Shown piece by piece: positions 62,765 through 64,000 of a stretch of 64,000 nucleotides of DNA. The stretch's first letter is position 1. Each line of letters begins with the position of its first letter. Both the position numbers and the translations under genes were made by a program. The notes beneath the pieces were generated by a model, which searched no databases, was not told where the DNA came from, and saw only the letters and a program-made list of their open reading frames with translations. The DNA is from Felis catus (taxonomy: Eukaryota): the NCBI RefSeq assembly GCF_018350175.1, contig NC_058368.1:128218001-128282000 (forward strand), in the 5' to 3' direction.

Positions 62765-62977
62765 GGGGCACCTGGGTGACTCTGCTGGTTAAGTGTCCAA
62801 CTGTTGATTTTGGCTCAAGTCCTGATCTCTCAGTTTGTAGGATCCAGCCCCGTGTGGGTTGCGCATTGACAGTGCAGAGGCTGCTTGGTATTCTCTCTCT
62901 CAGGCCTCTCTGCCCCTCTCCCACTCACACACTTGCTGTCTCTCTCATTTAATATAAATAAACTTTAAAAAAAAAAA
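62765..62977 (+). mobile_element. Can-SINE
   Basis: GGGGCACCTGGGTGACTC head; TSD TGTTTCTTATT. Confidence 0.93.
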
Positions 62978-63779
62978 TCTGTTTCTTATTGTTGGTTGCA
63001 GTCCAAACATTTTTAAAAACCATGTTCTGGAAACTATTCTTAACATAATTCTAAGTGTCATTAATGTTCTAACACTTGGTTTTTACTATAGCACGCACTT
63101 TGTAGTAATATCGTTTTTGCTTTAGCTCAAATGTAAAAGTTAGATTTATGAATAAGTGTGTGATGGGGTAAAATTAAATTAGTTCATGGTGAAAACTGTA
63201 GGTCTTCAATGAGTCCATTAATTAGAGATGATGATAACAATCTCATGGAGGTCATGTCTGTGAAAGAGAATGTTCAAGAACAACTGAACTTGAGCTCAAG
63301 GAGGGTTCTAGAAGGGGCACAAAGTGTTTCAGAGGCAATGAGTGAAGATAAAGGACGGGTCAGAGGAGGCATTTCTCCAGCTCTCCTCTGGGTTCCCATC
63401 TACTGGTCTTTTGCTGAAAACAATCCCTGAGCTATACTCTTTATGCTTTTTACCTGCTTTAGTCTTCCAGACTTTTCCTCAGAGGCTAAATAATCATCCT
63501 GCCACCAGGTCTGGATCCCCACCTTTTCCCTCAAGAACTACCCTGGCAATTTGGCCTCCTAGCTCTCTGGCTAAGACCTCTGTCTCCTTTATGATATCTC
63601 CCAGGCCACCTCAGCTAGAGTTTAGGCAAAAAATATTGGGGTGATGAGATGAGAAGAAAACCATCTTTAATCTCAATTCCTGGGCTTGAACTTCTCCAAA
63701 AAGAAGAAATCTTATCAGTCAAACATCGGCATATGGTGTAGCAATTCACGAAAAACATTAAATTTACAGAATAATCATA

Positions 63780-63965
63780 ATAATAATGAGTTAATATTTC
63801 TTGAGCATCTGTTTTTGTGCCAGGCATTGTTTCAAGCAGTGTACATGAATTAACTCATTTAATTTTGCCAGTAACACTGAGGAAGGTAATGTCATCCTGA
63901 GTCTACAAATGAGGCAAATGACACTCAGGAGTTTTTAAGGAACTAGCACACAGTCTCACAGTGAA
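63780..63965 (-). mobile_element. MIR
   Basis: TTGAGCATC…TGTGCCAGGCATTGTT…ATTAACTCATTTAAT…TACAAATGAGGCAAATGA. Confidence 0.7.
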
Positions 63966-64000
63966 AACTTGCAGACAATATAGGGGAAAAAAAAAAAAAA

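Overview
This is mammalian genomic DNA from a felid, shown by about 27 tRNA-derived Can-SINEs (including near-consensus SINEC_Fc-type copies) and a carnivore-type L1. I found no protein-coding exon. A repeat-poor island at about 36.4-41.6 kb matches, from my memory of the human sequences (no alignment run), the PDE4D7/PART1 sense-antisense locus. It contains the non-coding first exon of PDE4D7 on the minus strand (donor GTGAGT at 38108) and a two-exon PART1-like lncRNA on the plus strand (donor after 38588, acceptor before 39817, AATAAA at 41551). The PART1-like exon retains a frameshifted homologue of the ~60-aa PART1 ORF and carries a felid SINE. If this assignment is right, 1-38108 is PDE4D7 intron 1. 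The rest is transposon-derived: a near full-length dead L1 nested in a SINE tail, a twin-primed inverted L1 with an unusual ATGCAAT mosaic repeat, older L1/L2/MIR/MaLR/ERVL/hAT/Tigger fragments, a solo poly(A) insertion and a probable RTE-type LINE endonuclease fossil. Repeat subfamily names and many boundaries are approximate and made by eye.
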